Below are positions 14,326 through 26,808 of a stretch of 64,000 nucleotides of DNA, one piece after another. A program made the translations under genes and the position numbers. Origin of the DNA: Octopus sinensis (Eukaryota); contig NC_042997.1 in assembly GCF_006345805.1 (NCBI RefSeq), forward strand, positions 86,490,001 to 86,554,000, read 5' to 3'. The notes under the pieces were generated by a model. It had not been told where the DNA came from, did no database searches, and saw nothing but the letters and a program-made list of their open reading frames with translations. Numbering within the stretch: position 1 is the first letter of the stretch; each line of letters starts with the position of its first letter.

Positions 14326-14498
14326 CTAGACTGAGGAAGCATTCTACCCACAAATAAGAAAATTGCCTTTTCAGAGGGCAACTGGATCTTTTTGCGGAGC
14401 ATCCACATGAATTGAGCAACAGTAAGGTCACTGGGTACCAGAAACTTCTTTTTCTCCAGTGCCTGGATATGTGAGCGAGGCAATTTTTCGACAATAAT
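14326..14498 (-). CDS. GABARAPL2: GABARAPL2 coding exon 3 (173 nt, IIVEK...PQSS)
   Basis: Acceptor ttcttttcctag|, donor AG|gtgag; encodes KKKFLVPSDLTVAQFMWMLRKKIQLPSEKAIFLFV. Confidence 0.97.
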
Positions 14499-14761
14499 CT
14501 AGGAAAAGAACAGAGATAAGAACATTTTTTTTTAAAGAACAGAAAAGAAAATTTTAATGTCTTAATCCAGTGTTTCTCAGTGTACCATGTTGGTGCACTG
14601 AAGTACTGCAAGGGGTACCAATGATTATTTAAAAATATAATTTAAAGTCTAGAAAATTAATAATGCTTTCGTGTCTTAAAAAACAGGTTATTTGTACTTT
14701 TGTATAGTTAATAAATATAGTATAATTCTATATAGTATAATTAAAAAAAAAAAAGCAACAT

Positions 14762-14912
14762 ATTTACTTAGCGGTTCGGCAAAAGAGACCGATAGAATAA
14801 GTACTGGGCTTACGAAAGAATAAGTCTCGGGGTCGAGTTGCTCGATTAAAGGCGGTGCTCCAGCATGGCCGCAGTCAAATGACTGAAACAAGTACAAGAG
14901 AGAGAGTACAAG
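14762..14912 (+). repeat. SINE 3' half in GABARAPL2 intron 2
   Basis: ttagcggttcggcaaaagagaccgatagaataagtact...ccagcatggccgcagtcaaatgactgaaacaagta; CpGs intact, so the copy looks young. Confidence 0.8.
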
Positions 14913-15109
14913 AGTATATATACTTTTAACTTCAGGAGTTGGCTTCTAAACTTTCCACGTGAAAAGCAGCAGTAACATTTTATTTTATTTATTTTGATCT
15001 TCAGTGTGTCATGATGTCAAAAAGACTAAAAACCATTTTATTTAAATTAAATGCCACAGTCATCAACAAATTGAAGCTTTCAACAACATTCTCCATGGAA
15101 CTTGTAAAT

Positions 15110-15346
15110 CAATGGTTCTCAACTAAGGTCCATGTAAGATTTTACTGTTAAAATTTATCTGCAATAAATTGGCTGTATTTCTTCAATAGACAAAATACTT
15201 GAACAATTTTTTACGGAATTCCTAATATTTAATCATAAAAACATAATAGGATTATTTTTTTAAAACATTGAATGGGTATGAGGGTCCAGTAGAGTAAAAC
15301 AGGAATCAAAGGGGTTCATAGATAAAAAAATGGTTGAGAACCACTG
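15110..15346. mobile_element. hAT (Charlie-like) MITE
   Basis: Termini caatggttctcaac ... gttgagaaccactg; imperfect 8 bp flanks ttgtaaat/ctgcaaat; a related left end occurs at 28737. Confidence 0.7.
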
Positions 15347-16414
15347 CTGCAAATGGTCTCTCAGTTTACCATTCCTGAGTAATTAATTTTTTAAAAATCC
15401 AAAATGGAGGCCCACAAGAAAGTAAGCATTGCACTGGAATGAAAACCAATGAAAAATGCTGAGGACCAACATACTCTAAGTCTACTAGAAATAGCAGCCA
15501 AACTTCCCTTAATGTACAGCATATTGTTTTAAAAAATAACAAAGGAAGGATATGTTGGATAATGTAACAACTGATACGCAAAAGGATGATTGTAGCTGGA
15601 ATGTTTTTGATCATAAGTTTGCTCTACGAGAGTTGATGGCAGAGGGGTAAAAAACAACACAGATGTACAGAAAAACTGGAGAGAGAGTGAGTGTACAGTA
15701 TTGCATTTAGCTAGAGAGTGGCACAAGTGAAACAGATTTATCAGTAATGGTTATTTTGACACCTATCAAAGTCTGCTTGATCAGAGTTGATATGAGAATT
15801 CCACAGCAATAAAAATAGTACAAATGTCTTAACTCAAACAAGTTTAGTGTCTGAGATTTGATCAGTTGTCACACAGATCATTTATAAATCTCACACGCTC
15901 TTGATACATTACAGTACCAATTACAACTAAAGTTAACACGGGTTCTGATTTGATGTGTGTCCTTAGAAAAGATTATGTAAAATCAAAAGGAAACAAAGTA
16001 CAGTCTGACTATGGCTAGCAGGCCAAAATTTCAGTCGCTGTCATCTCTCTTGTAAAAGTTTAATAAACATGTACTTCACTAAATATTGAATCATTCCTCA
16101 GTTTAACATTAAATTGTTTTTATATATAGCTTAACATAAAAGCATCAAAATACACACAGACTTCAATATCAGATAGTGTCAACAAAAATAATAAAAACAA
16201 TACCAAAAACTAGTCAAGATGAAAGGATATGTGAGAATAACAATTACAGATTCCACCCCTACCACTTTCTACAATGACTACCACTAAAGCTGACAAAATC
16301 AGACAGCTGTCATAAGACTATTGTAGACATATTTACTGACACTCCTACATTGGTTTAAGTATCTTATGTCCTTTCTTAAATTAACACAAGAGAAAAGATA
16401 AATAAATAACTTAC

Positions 16415-16470
16415 TGGTAACCGTTCTGGATATTTCCTTTTAATTCTTGAAGATTCTGCTTGACGCTCCG
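16415..16470 (-). CDS. GABARAPL2: GABARAPL2 coding exon 2 (56 nt, AERQAESSRIKRKYPERLP)
   Basis: Acceptor tttttatag|, donor CCA|gtaagt; KYPERLP corresponds to the ATG8 KYPDRVP motif. Confidence 0.96.
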
Positions 16471-16667
16471 CTATAAAAAATGAAATAGTTTACAGCTTTA
16501 TGGTATATTTTACATTCATTCTTTTATGCTGTCATCTTAGTGTTCTACAGGTGAATGCTGTTTCTTTACTAACACTTTTAGTTGCCCTCTTACAACATAT
16601 ATGGGCTCAGTGTACCTCCTATCTTAAAACTGAGATATATGGTTGCAGATGTGGTTGTGATAGGTGC

Positions 16668-17150
16668 AGGCGTGACTGTGTGGTTGAGAAGTTTGCAGGG
16701 TTCAGTCTCACTGCATGGCACTTTGGGTAAGTGTCTTCTACTATAGTCATAGGCCAACCAAAATCTTGTGAGCAGATTTAGTAGACAGAAACTGAAAGAA
16801 GCCCCCACACACACACACACACATGCATACACACACACTGAATAATACAGTTATAGAGACTCACATACAGGACTTCAAATTTATGTCAGCAGTGTGATGA
16901 TCACAGCACTTTAGCTGTTGCAAATCCAGTACTCGTGTGTGTGTGTCTCCCCTCTTGACATAACATGGCAGTTGTAAATGAGAGTCACAGTCATACCAGC
17001 AGTGTCATGGGGAAATATTACCTTGCTTAGATATAGGTGACAGTTGGTAAAAGGAAGATAACTTGGCTCTAGAAAATCTACCTGAATAAACTATCTGAGC
17101 CATACAAGCATGGAAAAGTGAATGTTAAAACAATGATGATGATGATGATA
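16668..17150 (+). repeat. tRNA-derived SINE with internal (CA)n and a (GAT)n-ending tail
   Basis: gtggttgagaagtttg..gggttcagtctcactgcatggcactttgggtaagtgtcttctactatag...gaaactgaaagaagccc; tail ends aacaatgatgatgat. Confidence 0.75.
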
Positions 17151-17164
17151 TATATATATATATA

Positions 17165-17360
17165 AAATAGGGGGAGAATTCACAAAAAAACAAAAGACGA
17201 AGACAGGTGGTGTAGACAACAAACAGATGTATTAGTATAATGTTCGGGAAGTGAACAAGTCTTTAATGTTTCGAGCGTACGCTCTTCCACAGAAAGGAAT
17301 ACAGAAAGAAACAAGGAGAGAAAATAAAGAATGAGTAGTGGCTAGCGAACTATCATGGCA
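17165..17360 (-). mobile_element. Penelope-like element terminal fragment with decayed hammerhead motif
   Basis: Minus strand reads ccttt-ctgtgga-a-gagcg-ta-cgctc-gaaac-att-aaag, the layout of the minimal type I hammerheads carried by Penelope-like elements. Confidence 0.55.
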
Positions 17361-18597
17361 ATACATACACAGTGTATGAGATATGTGTATGCATGGGAAT
17401 ATATGAATAGTGTAGAATGGCAGAAAAAAGATGTGATGTGTACTGCTATACTAACTTGGTCTTAAAATGCTAAAACACATTTGATACTGACTCTACAAGT
17501 TGCTAAGGGTTATAGGACATATATCTTATATAAATAAAAGTTTATCCAGTTACAATGAAGCAATAAACTTAGTTTGAGTCGGTTGCCAGGTTAATTTCAC
17601 AGACCTTTCCTCAGAAAATCTGATACTTGTTCCACTGTTTAACAAGAAAATTCAAGAGACCTATGGAACATAGTGTTCTACAAATCTGAAATCTACAATT
17701 GACGCACAAGTAATCTGCGTTATCCTTATCCAATTTTATCATTCCACTTCTTTATTAACACTTCAACCATCACCTAAAGAGATTACAAGAGTAACAATTT
17801 ATCAATTTATCTCCCCGGTACAGAATGAGTACTTGGTGAACTGAAAGAATGAGTCAAGAAAATCACTGAAAATGTTCTTGCACAATGTGTGTAAATACTA
17901 GACATTAGTTCAGCCAACACTAATTGGCTGTCTCCGTCATTCCCACTTAAGAAAGGTTAAAGCTGAAAAAAATTTTGTGAAATTGCTAAGAGCAAGCATA
18001 CCTCCCATAATTGTGCATATGAATGTGCACTAGAATGAGCCTAGTAATTCATTTTCCAAAATTATATCACTTAATAACTGTAACTAGTTCTGTGGTTGAA
18101 GCTCAATTACAAGAGTGTAAGAGTAGTAGAATTAATTACTGCTATGAAAATGAAAAATGTGTGTGTGATGGGGTGATTATGTGCAAGTACACTTTGTATA
18201 TATACCTGTATACCAATAAAACAATATCTTCTAAGAAGTAACTACAAAAATTTTTTTTTATAAGTTCTAAGTTTTGGGGCCATAATACAACAGAAATGCA
18301 ACAGTTTTCACTTCAAGTTATATGGTTCCTGCTGCTTTATCAAATATGCTCTAACAAATATGAAACAGATCCAATTAAAATGCTAACTGAATGACAAGAA
18401 TCAACTAAATCCAGTTAGATTTAAAAGCAAAATAATTCAAGAAAATTAGCCTAGATTTTTTAAATGAATATAATTTTTAAGAGAGGAGAAACAAAGGGCA
18501 AATGAATTCTATTTATCGCATTTCTAAATGTGATCTAAGACTAAATAAAGTAACTCACTTTTGTCTTATTTAGCTCAAACCCTACTTGATTTTGAGT

Positions 18598-18746
18598 TTA
18601 ACCCTTTAGCATTCAGATTACTTTGTCAAATTGTTTATTTTTAAAATTACAATGTAGAATAGGTGTGAGGAACCAGATCTGGCTAATTTGAATATAAAAT
18701 GGAATATTTTGGCCAAATATGGCAGGTTTAAATGCTAAAAGGTTAA
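18598..18746 (+). mobile_element. piggyBac-like MITE (TTAA|CCCTTTAGCATT...AATGCTAAAGGG|TTAA family), deleted copy
   Basis: TTAA on both sides, 12 bp TIR with CCC/GGG ends. Confidence 0.75.
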
Positions 18747-19929
18747 AGTAGGACAGGATGAGACTAAATACCATAATTTTTTTTTTTTTCATTTTTGGTA
18801 GCTCAGCACTACAATAAGATCACTGTAATCACCTTCAGGTTTCAAAATCCTAATAAGGAAGACTCTTAAACACACTTGTCAGTGTGTATGAGTGCATATG
18901 TACATACAAACATATTGGGGATTTTGAATAAAGAATAGGAGTGAGACAGTAAAGTTTACCTCAATTACACCAATAAGCTGATCAGCTATAGTAGTTAGTT
19001 CAAGCTGAGTTGTTAAGGTAACTGGTCTTGATGCCAAGTAAAGTTCTAATTACATCATATTTGCTGAAATACTGGAGTACCAGGAATCATTAATCAAGGG
19101 CATTTATCTATCAGGGTAAACCATGTTTCTGTACCCATAAACATGGGCTTCAACAAATATATCTAGTGGAAGACTAGTAGTTACCTAACCATGCAAGTCT
19201 CCCCTATCCATGCCACTAGTGATGTCCAAGAGAAGGGTTTTCCTGAAAAGCTGATACTACTTGGTAATAGTGTTGTTGCAAGTATTGCCGTCAAAATACA
19301 AAAATCTAAGACACAAGACATCTCATCTAACAATAATAGTTCAATCACTCAAACCTTCCACCCCCACCCCACTCTCACTGGCTCAGTTCTTACATTGGAT
19401 GCACTAGTGTTGGATACATTGATGTTTCTTAGTTAACCAGATGGTGTGAGAAGGGATTATCTCCAATGAATGGCATAGCAGTATCGCCAAAAACTACTAT
19501 ACAAGGCAAAGGGGCACTGAAAAGGGACAATTAGAAAACGTCACAAGTCAAATCATGAAAACAATCAAATCATAACAAGAATGCAGAACATTCTATATTT
19601 CTTGTGAGTCAGAAATGCTCAGCTAAGAACAAACTACTTTGCATTTGCTAAGCAAGAAAAATCCTTGACAATAACCATACTACTGCCTGGTGAGAAAAAC
19701 AACTAGAAGTATTTGAATAGCATGTGAGAACTATCCAAATCATGTACAACCAGTGCCTGTGAGCAAAATAAAGATTAGAGAAATTCTGAAAGGAATTTAG
19801 GGTACAGATAAGTATTCATGATTTTGTCCCTAATTCTCTTGTACTTATAATAAAAGTCAAGTGCAGTCCTTTGGAACTTTCATAAGGTGCACTTTTACTT
19901 GAACAAATTGACCTAGGATTTACTTTTTA

Positions 19930-20185
19930 AGCCTAGTATTTATTATATCGGTCTCTTTTGCCAAACTGCTAAGTTATGGGCATGCAAACACACCAACACC
20001 AGTTGTAAAGCAGTTGGGGTGGACACACAGACACACACACATACATACATACATACATACACACACATGGTGGATTTCTCCCAGTTTCCATCTACCAAAT
20101 CCACTCACAAGGCTTGAGTCGGCCCAAGGCTATGAGATACTTGCCTAAGGTGCTGCACTGTGGGACTAAACCTGGAACCATATGG
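19930..20185 (-). repeat. SINE, reverse orientation
   Basis: cagtttccatctaccaaatccactcacaaggct...ttgcctaaggtgctgcactgtgggactaaacctggaacca is the reverse complement of the SINE head at 47335. Confidence 0.8.
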
Positions 20186-21207
20186 AGCCAAAAGCTAAAA
20201 TATTAACTAGTAAATGGAAACTTTAGGAAGTGGATTTCCTCAGTATGATTTCCTCAGTATGAAAGGAATAGGTAGGAACTATATACACTGTGTACTGATG
20301 GCAAGGCAGTAGGTCATGTGATGAGAATAGACACCTACTGAGAGAAATGAACAAGTTCTGACATGACTAAGAAAGAGATAAAAGAAAAGTTAATAAGGTA
20401 AAATCAAATATCAGGATATTGAGACTACAAAACAAGATGTTATATGAACAAGAGGAAGATGATATGCTGTCCTGCACAAATGGAAACATTGATATTAAAC
20501 TGATAAGGATATTCTAGAGTTATACTATTAAGGTAAGATCTTAAAAAAAAATATAGGTTACAGTCCTCCTTTAAAACACTACATGCTTCAAATATTTGCT
20601 TAGAAAGTGCTCTAGAACTATATATTAGATATGAAAAATTGCCTGATTACACTGCTCAGCTAGTGTTTCCAGTTAACCCATTATTGACACACTTGACATC
20701 AGACATTCATTTTTAATACATAATGTCCAACACTAGTGCAAAAATCAAAAATAATGATTGTCTAACAGTCTCTTTGAATGATATTTATTTATGTTAATGT
20801 TGACAGTCCTAAAATCACTTGGCTTTTTGGACTGACCAATTACAGTACTGAGTTCATTCAGCAACCACAATAGACTTCTTTGTGTTGACAATCCATGCTT
20901 ACATAATATGAATGCATTAGGTTGCAAGGACAAACTTTATAAATCATTTACTAAATATAGATATGTCAATTATCAGCAGTAGTAGTAGCAGCATCAGCAT
21001 TAGTATTACTATTTGGAATGCTTAAATGAGACTGCTGAACTAAATGATTAACAGTATTTAATTCTTGTTTATAATGGGTCCAAATCCTACCTAAGTGAGC
21101 TTTGCATTTTCTCCTTTGAGCTCAATTCAGTGAATTACCCTTAATTTGTGATCTTAAAAAAGTCATTACTCCCACATATTAACATCATTATCAAATATTT
21201 TAATATA

Positions 21208-21745
21208 CAAAGTCTGATCAAAAAGTATTGGGACTGGTGCAATAAAAAGATAATAACATATCAATTCAGCATTTAATCTCCTTTGAAATAGTCCCCTTCT
21301 GAAGCCACACACTTTATACAGTATCGCTTGAATCGATGGAAGCATTCCTGAAGCTGGGGGGGGGGAGGAAGCAGCTGCCTCATTGCATTCTCTTGGATTT
21401 CTTTGATGTCTTGAAATCTTATTGGGGTCTTCCACAACAAAGACTAAGCTTTGGTTTTAGGATTGTAGCCATAGACCTATGATTCATCATCTGTTATGAC
21501 CGTTTTCATCTTCCTCAACACAATCAAGGAGATCCTGTGCAACTGAAACCTGATCTTTTTGAGACAACCACACTCTACACTTTAATTCCAAGCACAGCTA
21601 AAAACAATAGAAGGCAAGGAGAACATTATAACTTACTACACATGCACAACAGAGTTCAAGATCAATCTGTGCCAAGCGGCTTCACTTTGCACACTTAAGC
21701 TTCATTACCACAGCAACAATCGTGATACTTTTTGATCAAACCTTG
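21208..21745 (-). mobile_element. Mariner deletion derivative (~540 bp)
   Basis: TIRs caaagtctgatcaaaaagtatt / atactttttgatcaaaccttg with TA flanks; interior resembles mariner ends. Confidence 0.75.
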
Positions 21746-22347
21746 TATATTTATTCTTCTGTTGACTGAAACATGGTATTGGTGTTGTTCACTCCATGTC
21801 AACCCTGATCAAGCAAACCTATGATCAAAAGTTTTCTAGTTGTGACCTTTTTTTTTTTTGTAAGGGATACACTGGATAACATTCTCAAATGTTTTTTTTT
21901 TTTCTTTTGAAGAGGCAAAGTTGATTTAGGAGATATTTAACTGTTATTTCTAGCAGGGTAAGCAATCACATAGCTTTCTTCATTGGTTTGTTCTCCACTT
22001 AGGCTAAATCAATATGGTTTAATAGCATTTTTTTTAAAAACTGTTTTACATCTACTTAAGGTTTGCATGGAAAGAATAGTTGAGTTGTTTGTTCAATCAA
22101 CTGGGTATCCCATCTAAAGCAAAATAATCAAATTAAAAAGAAGGGAACTATTTTATGTCCAATAATAATATTCGATTTTCTAAACACCAATTTGTAATAA
22201 AAGTGCAAAAGACTTACTGATGGAATGATGTATGAGAATATGGTAAAATGAGAAGCAATAAATATTTGGTTTGCATTCCATCAAAGGACTTAGTTGCTTT
22301 TACCATCTAAAACTGAGGGTTAATGATGTTTAATATCATTATTTACA

Positions 22348-22540
22348 TTAACCCTTTAGCATTCAGATTATTCTGTCAAATGTAATTTTTATTTAATTAC
22401 ATTGTTTTGAAATTATTATGCATTATCTCATAGCTTCAAGATTTCAATGATGTGATTGTTTATTTTTAGAATAACATTATAAAGTACCTGGTTGGTTTGA
22501 ATATAAAACAGATAGAATATTTGGGCCACTAAAGGGTTAA
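22348..22540 (+). mobile_element. piggyBac-like MITE
   Basis: ttaaccctttagcattcagattattctgtc...ctaaagggttaa. Confidence 0.8.
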
Positions 22541-22547
22541 AATCAGG

Positions 22548-22860
22548 ATCATCATCATCATTTAACGTCCATTTTCTATGCTGGCATGGGTTGGAAGGTT
22601 TGGTTAGCAAGGGAGCTGTCCAGGCTCCAACTGTCTGTTTTTGGCAAGGTTTCTATTGCTGGTTGCCCTTCCTAATGCCAACCACTTTACAGAGTACACT
22701 GGGTTCTTTTTTACATGCCACCGGCATGGGTGCATATATATGCAGCACCAGCACAAATGCATTTTACGTGGCACCAGCATCTGCAAAGGATATGCCTGTA
22801 TGTACAGACCACAATTTTATTTAGCTTGGCACGTCTTCTCAAGTACAGCAAATTGACACA
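22548..22860 (-). repeat. RTE LINE/SINE 3' tail, reverse orientation
   Basis: atcatcatcatcatttaacgtccattttctatgctggcatgggttgg...cccttcctaatgccaaccact. Confidence 0.8.
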
Positions 22861-23436
22861 ACTCCTGAAATCTTAGGCAAACTGGAACAAACAGAATTAT
22901 GTGTTTTACTCAAGAATACAACACAATAGTAACCAATATTTCAGAAACCACTTTAACATCAGTCATTATGCTTCATAATTATGATGAAAAAATGGCATGG
23001 TCACTTTGGCAAAAATTGCATAATCTGAAGTGAAAAACTAAACTTAAGTAGTACTCAATGACATTAAAAAAAAAAAGTTTATTATAGTATACTTAACATT
23101 TCTCACCTCTTAACAGCTTACTCTACAAAACTGCAACTTAAGCAAAATAGAGAACAGGCTGTAAGTAATAGTACATTTTGACAAGAAAATGTTTACAGCA
23201 GTCAGTTCAAACTCTTCTTACCAATCATCTGAAAAATGGCCAACTATCAGAAATTGTTTCAATGTAATCCTCCTTAAACAGATTACAAACTTGTTCATCT
23301 CTCATTAATTTAACAAGTGCTAAAACTATGGGGTTGATATCTTTGCACTGGCCAGAATTTAAAACTTTGAACATAAAATTCACTCCCTGCACTATATTCT
23401 TAATATGGGGGCAAAATGGACTTGGTAGGCAAAGTG

Positions 23437-23625
23437 TTAACCTTTTAGAATTTAAACTGGCCATATCCAGCCCAAATATTCTACTTGTTTTATGCTCAAA
23501 CTGACCAGATCTAGCCTCTCACATCAATGTCATTGATATTTCAATGATAAAGTATGATTAATTTAAAACAATGTAAATAAATAAGCATTACATTTGACAA
23601 AATAATCTGAATGCTAAAGGGTTAA
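23437..23625 (-). mobile_element. piggyBac-like MITE, opposite orientation to the 22348 copy
   Basis: ttaaccttttagaatttaaactggcc...ctgaatgctaaagggttaa. Confidence 0.8.
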
Positions 23626-23994
23626 ACAATTTAGCAATCTCTTTCATATAGATGCAACCTATATAAAATTAGCATAAATAGTTGGACCTGCCATGGTAAT
23701 TTTAGCCACCTTTCCTCATACCATTTAATTTTCTAACCCTACATGAGCAATGTGGAACTATTGAATCCCCATACACTTGAAAACAACTGGTATATAACTT
23801 AGACTTTTCAAAGTTTGACATATAGGCACACATTTTAGAGGAAAAAAATCTAATAATTGAATTGATCCCTATACACTTTTTTTAATACCTGAAAGCTGAA
23901 AGGTAAATTCAATCCTGGCAGGAACTAAACACAAATTGTAGATAAAAATAAATATCAGAACACATTTAGCCTAGCATTATACTGTCCTATAATA

Positions 23995-24790
23995 TTGGTT
24001 TCAAATTTTGGCACAGGGCCAGCAAGTTTGGGTCAAGGGGAGTAAGTTATATGGACTCTAATACTCGGCTGGTACTTATTTTATCAGCATTGAAAAGATG
24101 AAAGGCAGTCAACCTCAGCAGAGTTTGAACTCAGAATGTGAAGACAGGCAAAATGCCACTAAGCATTTTGCCCAACATGCTAATGATTCTGCCAGCTTGC
24201 TGCCCTGCCTTGTCCTATAATTTTCTTTTCTACTCTAGGCACAAGGCCTGAAGTTTTAGGGGAGGGAGCCCAGTCGATCAGATCGACTCCAGTATGCAAC
24301 TGGTACTAAATTTATCAACCTGGAAAGGATGAAAGGCAAAAATTGACCTCGGTGGAATTTGAACTCAAAACATAAAGACAGACGAAATACCTATTTCTTT
24401 ATTACCCACAAGGGGCTAAACATAGAGGGGACAAACAAGGACAGACAAAGGTATTAAGTCGATTACATCGACCCCAGTGTGTAACTGGTACTTAATTTAT
24501 CGACCCCGAAAGGATGAAAGGCAAATTCGACCATAACGGCAGACGAAATACCACAAAGCATTTTGCGCGGCATGCTAATGTTTCTGCCAGCTCACCACCT
24601 TATTGTCCAATAATATTAACAATATCAGACATAGCAGCAAGACCACAAATTAGTGGATGGGGGAAACAACTGAATTGATATCTACTATCAAACTCAGAAG
24701 GATGAAAAGCAAAAGTAACCACCAGCAGGATTTGAACAAAAAGCAAAGGGATGTAACTAAATACCACAAGGTATTTTGTTCAGTGTTTTA
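23995..24790 (-). repeat. Cluster of four head-to-tail or nested SINE copies
   Basis: Repeated gaaaggatgaaaggcaaa..gacctcgg.ggaatttgaactcag (tRNA B-box-like) and ctggtactt.atttatcgaccc at about 24070, 24300, 24490 and 24680. Confidence 0.85.
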
Positions 24791-26808
24791 TTGACACTAT
24801 AACATTGGATTAGAACTCATGTTAACACATACAAATTTCAAGTCCAGCATGGCTACAGCCAAATAAAACAAAAGAATACAGTTTGATCATATGTGCTACC
24901 CAATTACTGTCCAATCAGCAGCTGTTGTTCACATGATAGCTCATCTAGACCTTTCCTGAAACACAGCCTATAAATAAAGTAGACTATTTGCCCCCCTCAG
25001 CAGAGTGTGGAGACTTCTGAATCAATATGACATTCTCAACTTTTGGCAGTTTTAGAGTGTCTTGGGTTGAGATGCTCTAATATGAACTAATATATTCATA
25101 TTCAATTGAAGATATCAAAGGCAACATGACATGGCACAAGTATATTGACTCATTATGTTAAAACCAGCCCAAGTGTTAAATTTCAGACATTTTCCTTGTA
25201 TCTCGTAATATGTTATTTCCATCATACTGCTTCTATATATTAATTGTAATGCATGAACATCTTTTCATATTAATGTAGCACAATAAATCATCTTCAAATG
25301 ATTGCTCAGTGTTCTGAAATTACTACACAAAGTTTTCTCTTAACCATCCACTAATACAGTCCAGCAACAATGGACACACTAACACCTCTAATTCAGTGCA
25401 TAGCAAGATCATTAACAACTGGAAAGTTTTTTCTTCTCAACCACAAGGTTCCAGGTCCATCCCACTTCTGTAGCCTCGGGCCGACCAAAGCCTTGTAAGT
25501 GGATTTGGTAGATGGAAACTGAAAGAACCCAGTCGTGTGTGTGTGTGTGCCACTACTACTTGACAACTGGTGTTGCTCATGATCAGAAATGCCCATATTA
25601 TCAGCCTCTGAGGGACATGCTCAAGCTGTTAAGGTCAAGCAACTGATAAGCAAATCTGTGGTATTGAGTAGAATATTTGCTGTAATGATATTTCTACATC
25701 AGCAACTGAATCTGTCCAAAATGTAATGGAAAATAGGTCAGTTTCAAAACATTGATGTCCAGGACACAGAAGCAAGGTCTGAAGGGAATAGTAGTAATTT
25801 CCTTTGATTTCTAGATAGAAGCAAATAGGAAATAAAACTTATTGACCAAAGACAAAAAAAAATTTTAAGTTTGTTAGTTTTATTGAAGCCAGATTTTGGT
25901 TGAAATTTTAAATCATTAATTTTATTTTTCAATCATTTAGTCAAAGAGAGAAGAACCTATGAGCCTTTGTTACTTTTGTTTTTGTTTATTTTTCAGGGCC
26001 TCCAGCACTGATGGAAGGGAGAAAAGTTTTCCTCAAACCAGAAACCCAGTCTGAATACTTAGAAAGACGTGAACGCCACTGAAGGTATCCAAGGATTAGA
26101 TGGTGCTATTGAAGTAAGCAATGGATTAAATCTAACCTACCAAAGTGAAGTATGGGGATTCTTAGATTAGTACTAAAAGGATTAATTCAATGTTTTACTA
26201 TATATATACCACTTCACCACTTAATATTGCCTACATCAGTTAAGTAGGAATAAACTCTGGTTACTATAGCATTATCAAGGAATTAGCAATCTATCTGGCA
26301 TTAACATCAGTTTAGGTTGTAAATCATTTATACCTGTCTCACTAACTGCAGATAAGTCTGAGATCAAAGTACAAGAAAAAGAAGTTCCAACAGTTATCAG
26401 TGACATTAATTAGGCTGATTACAAAGACAACTAAAATATGCCTATTTTTGCTAATGACACACACACACACACACACCACACACACACACACGTACACAAC
26501 AGTTGATGCAAAACATTGTTATCTGTCCTTGATCTACTATCCTTCCAAAAATAATGAGAAGCACTAACACTGCTCCACTATCTCTTAAACCACCCCCAAA
26601 AGTTTGCACTACCATTACAAAGCCACAATTTGAAAACAAACATCACCAAAACAAATGCTTGACTCAACAATGAATTACATCAAAACAAAATATATATTCC
26701 ACTTCAATATTTATCTTTATTTTGACATAACACTTCTATGACTCATTTTTGTATTAGACACGCAAGATTCTTGCTGTGAACTCATGTGTTGAAACATATT
26801 TTGTTGCG

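Noticed and set aside
23225-23464. 79 aa minus-strand ORF that looks protein-like
   Set aside because: It starts inside a MITE, has no recognisable domain and no compatible splice frame
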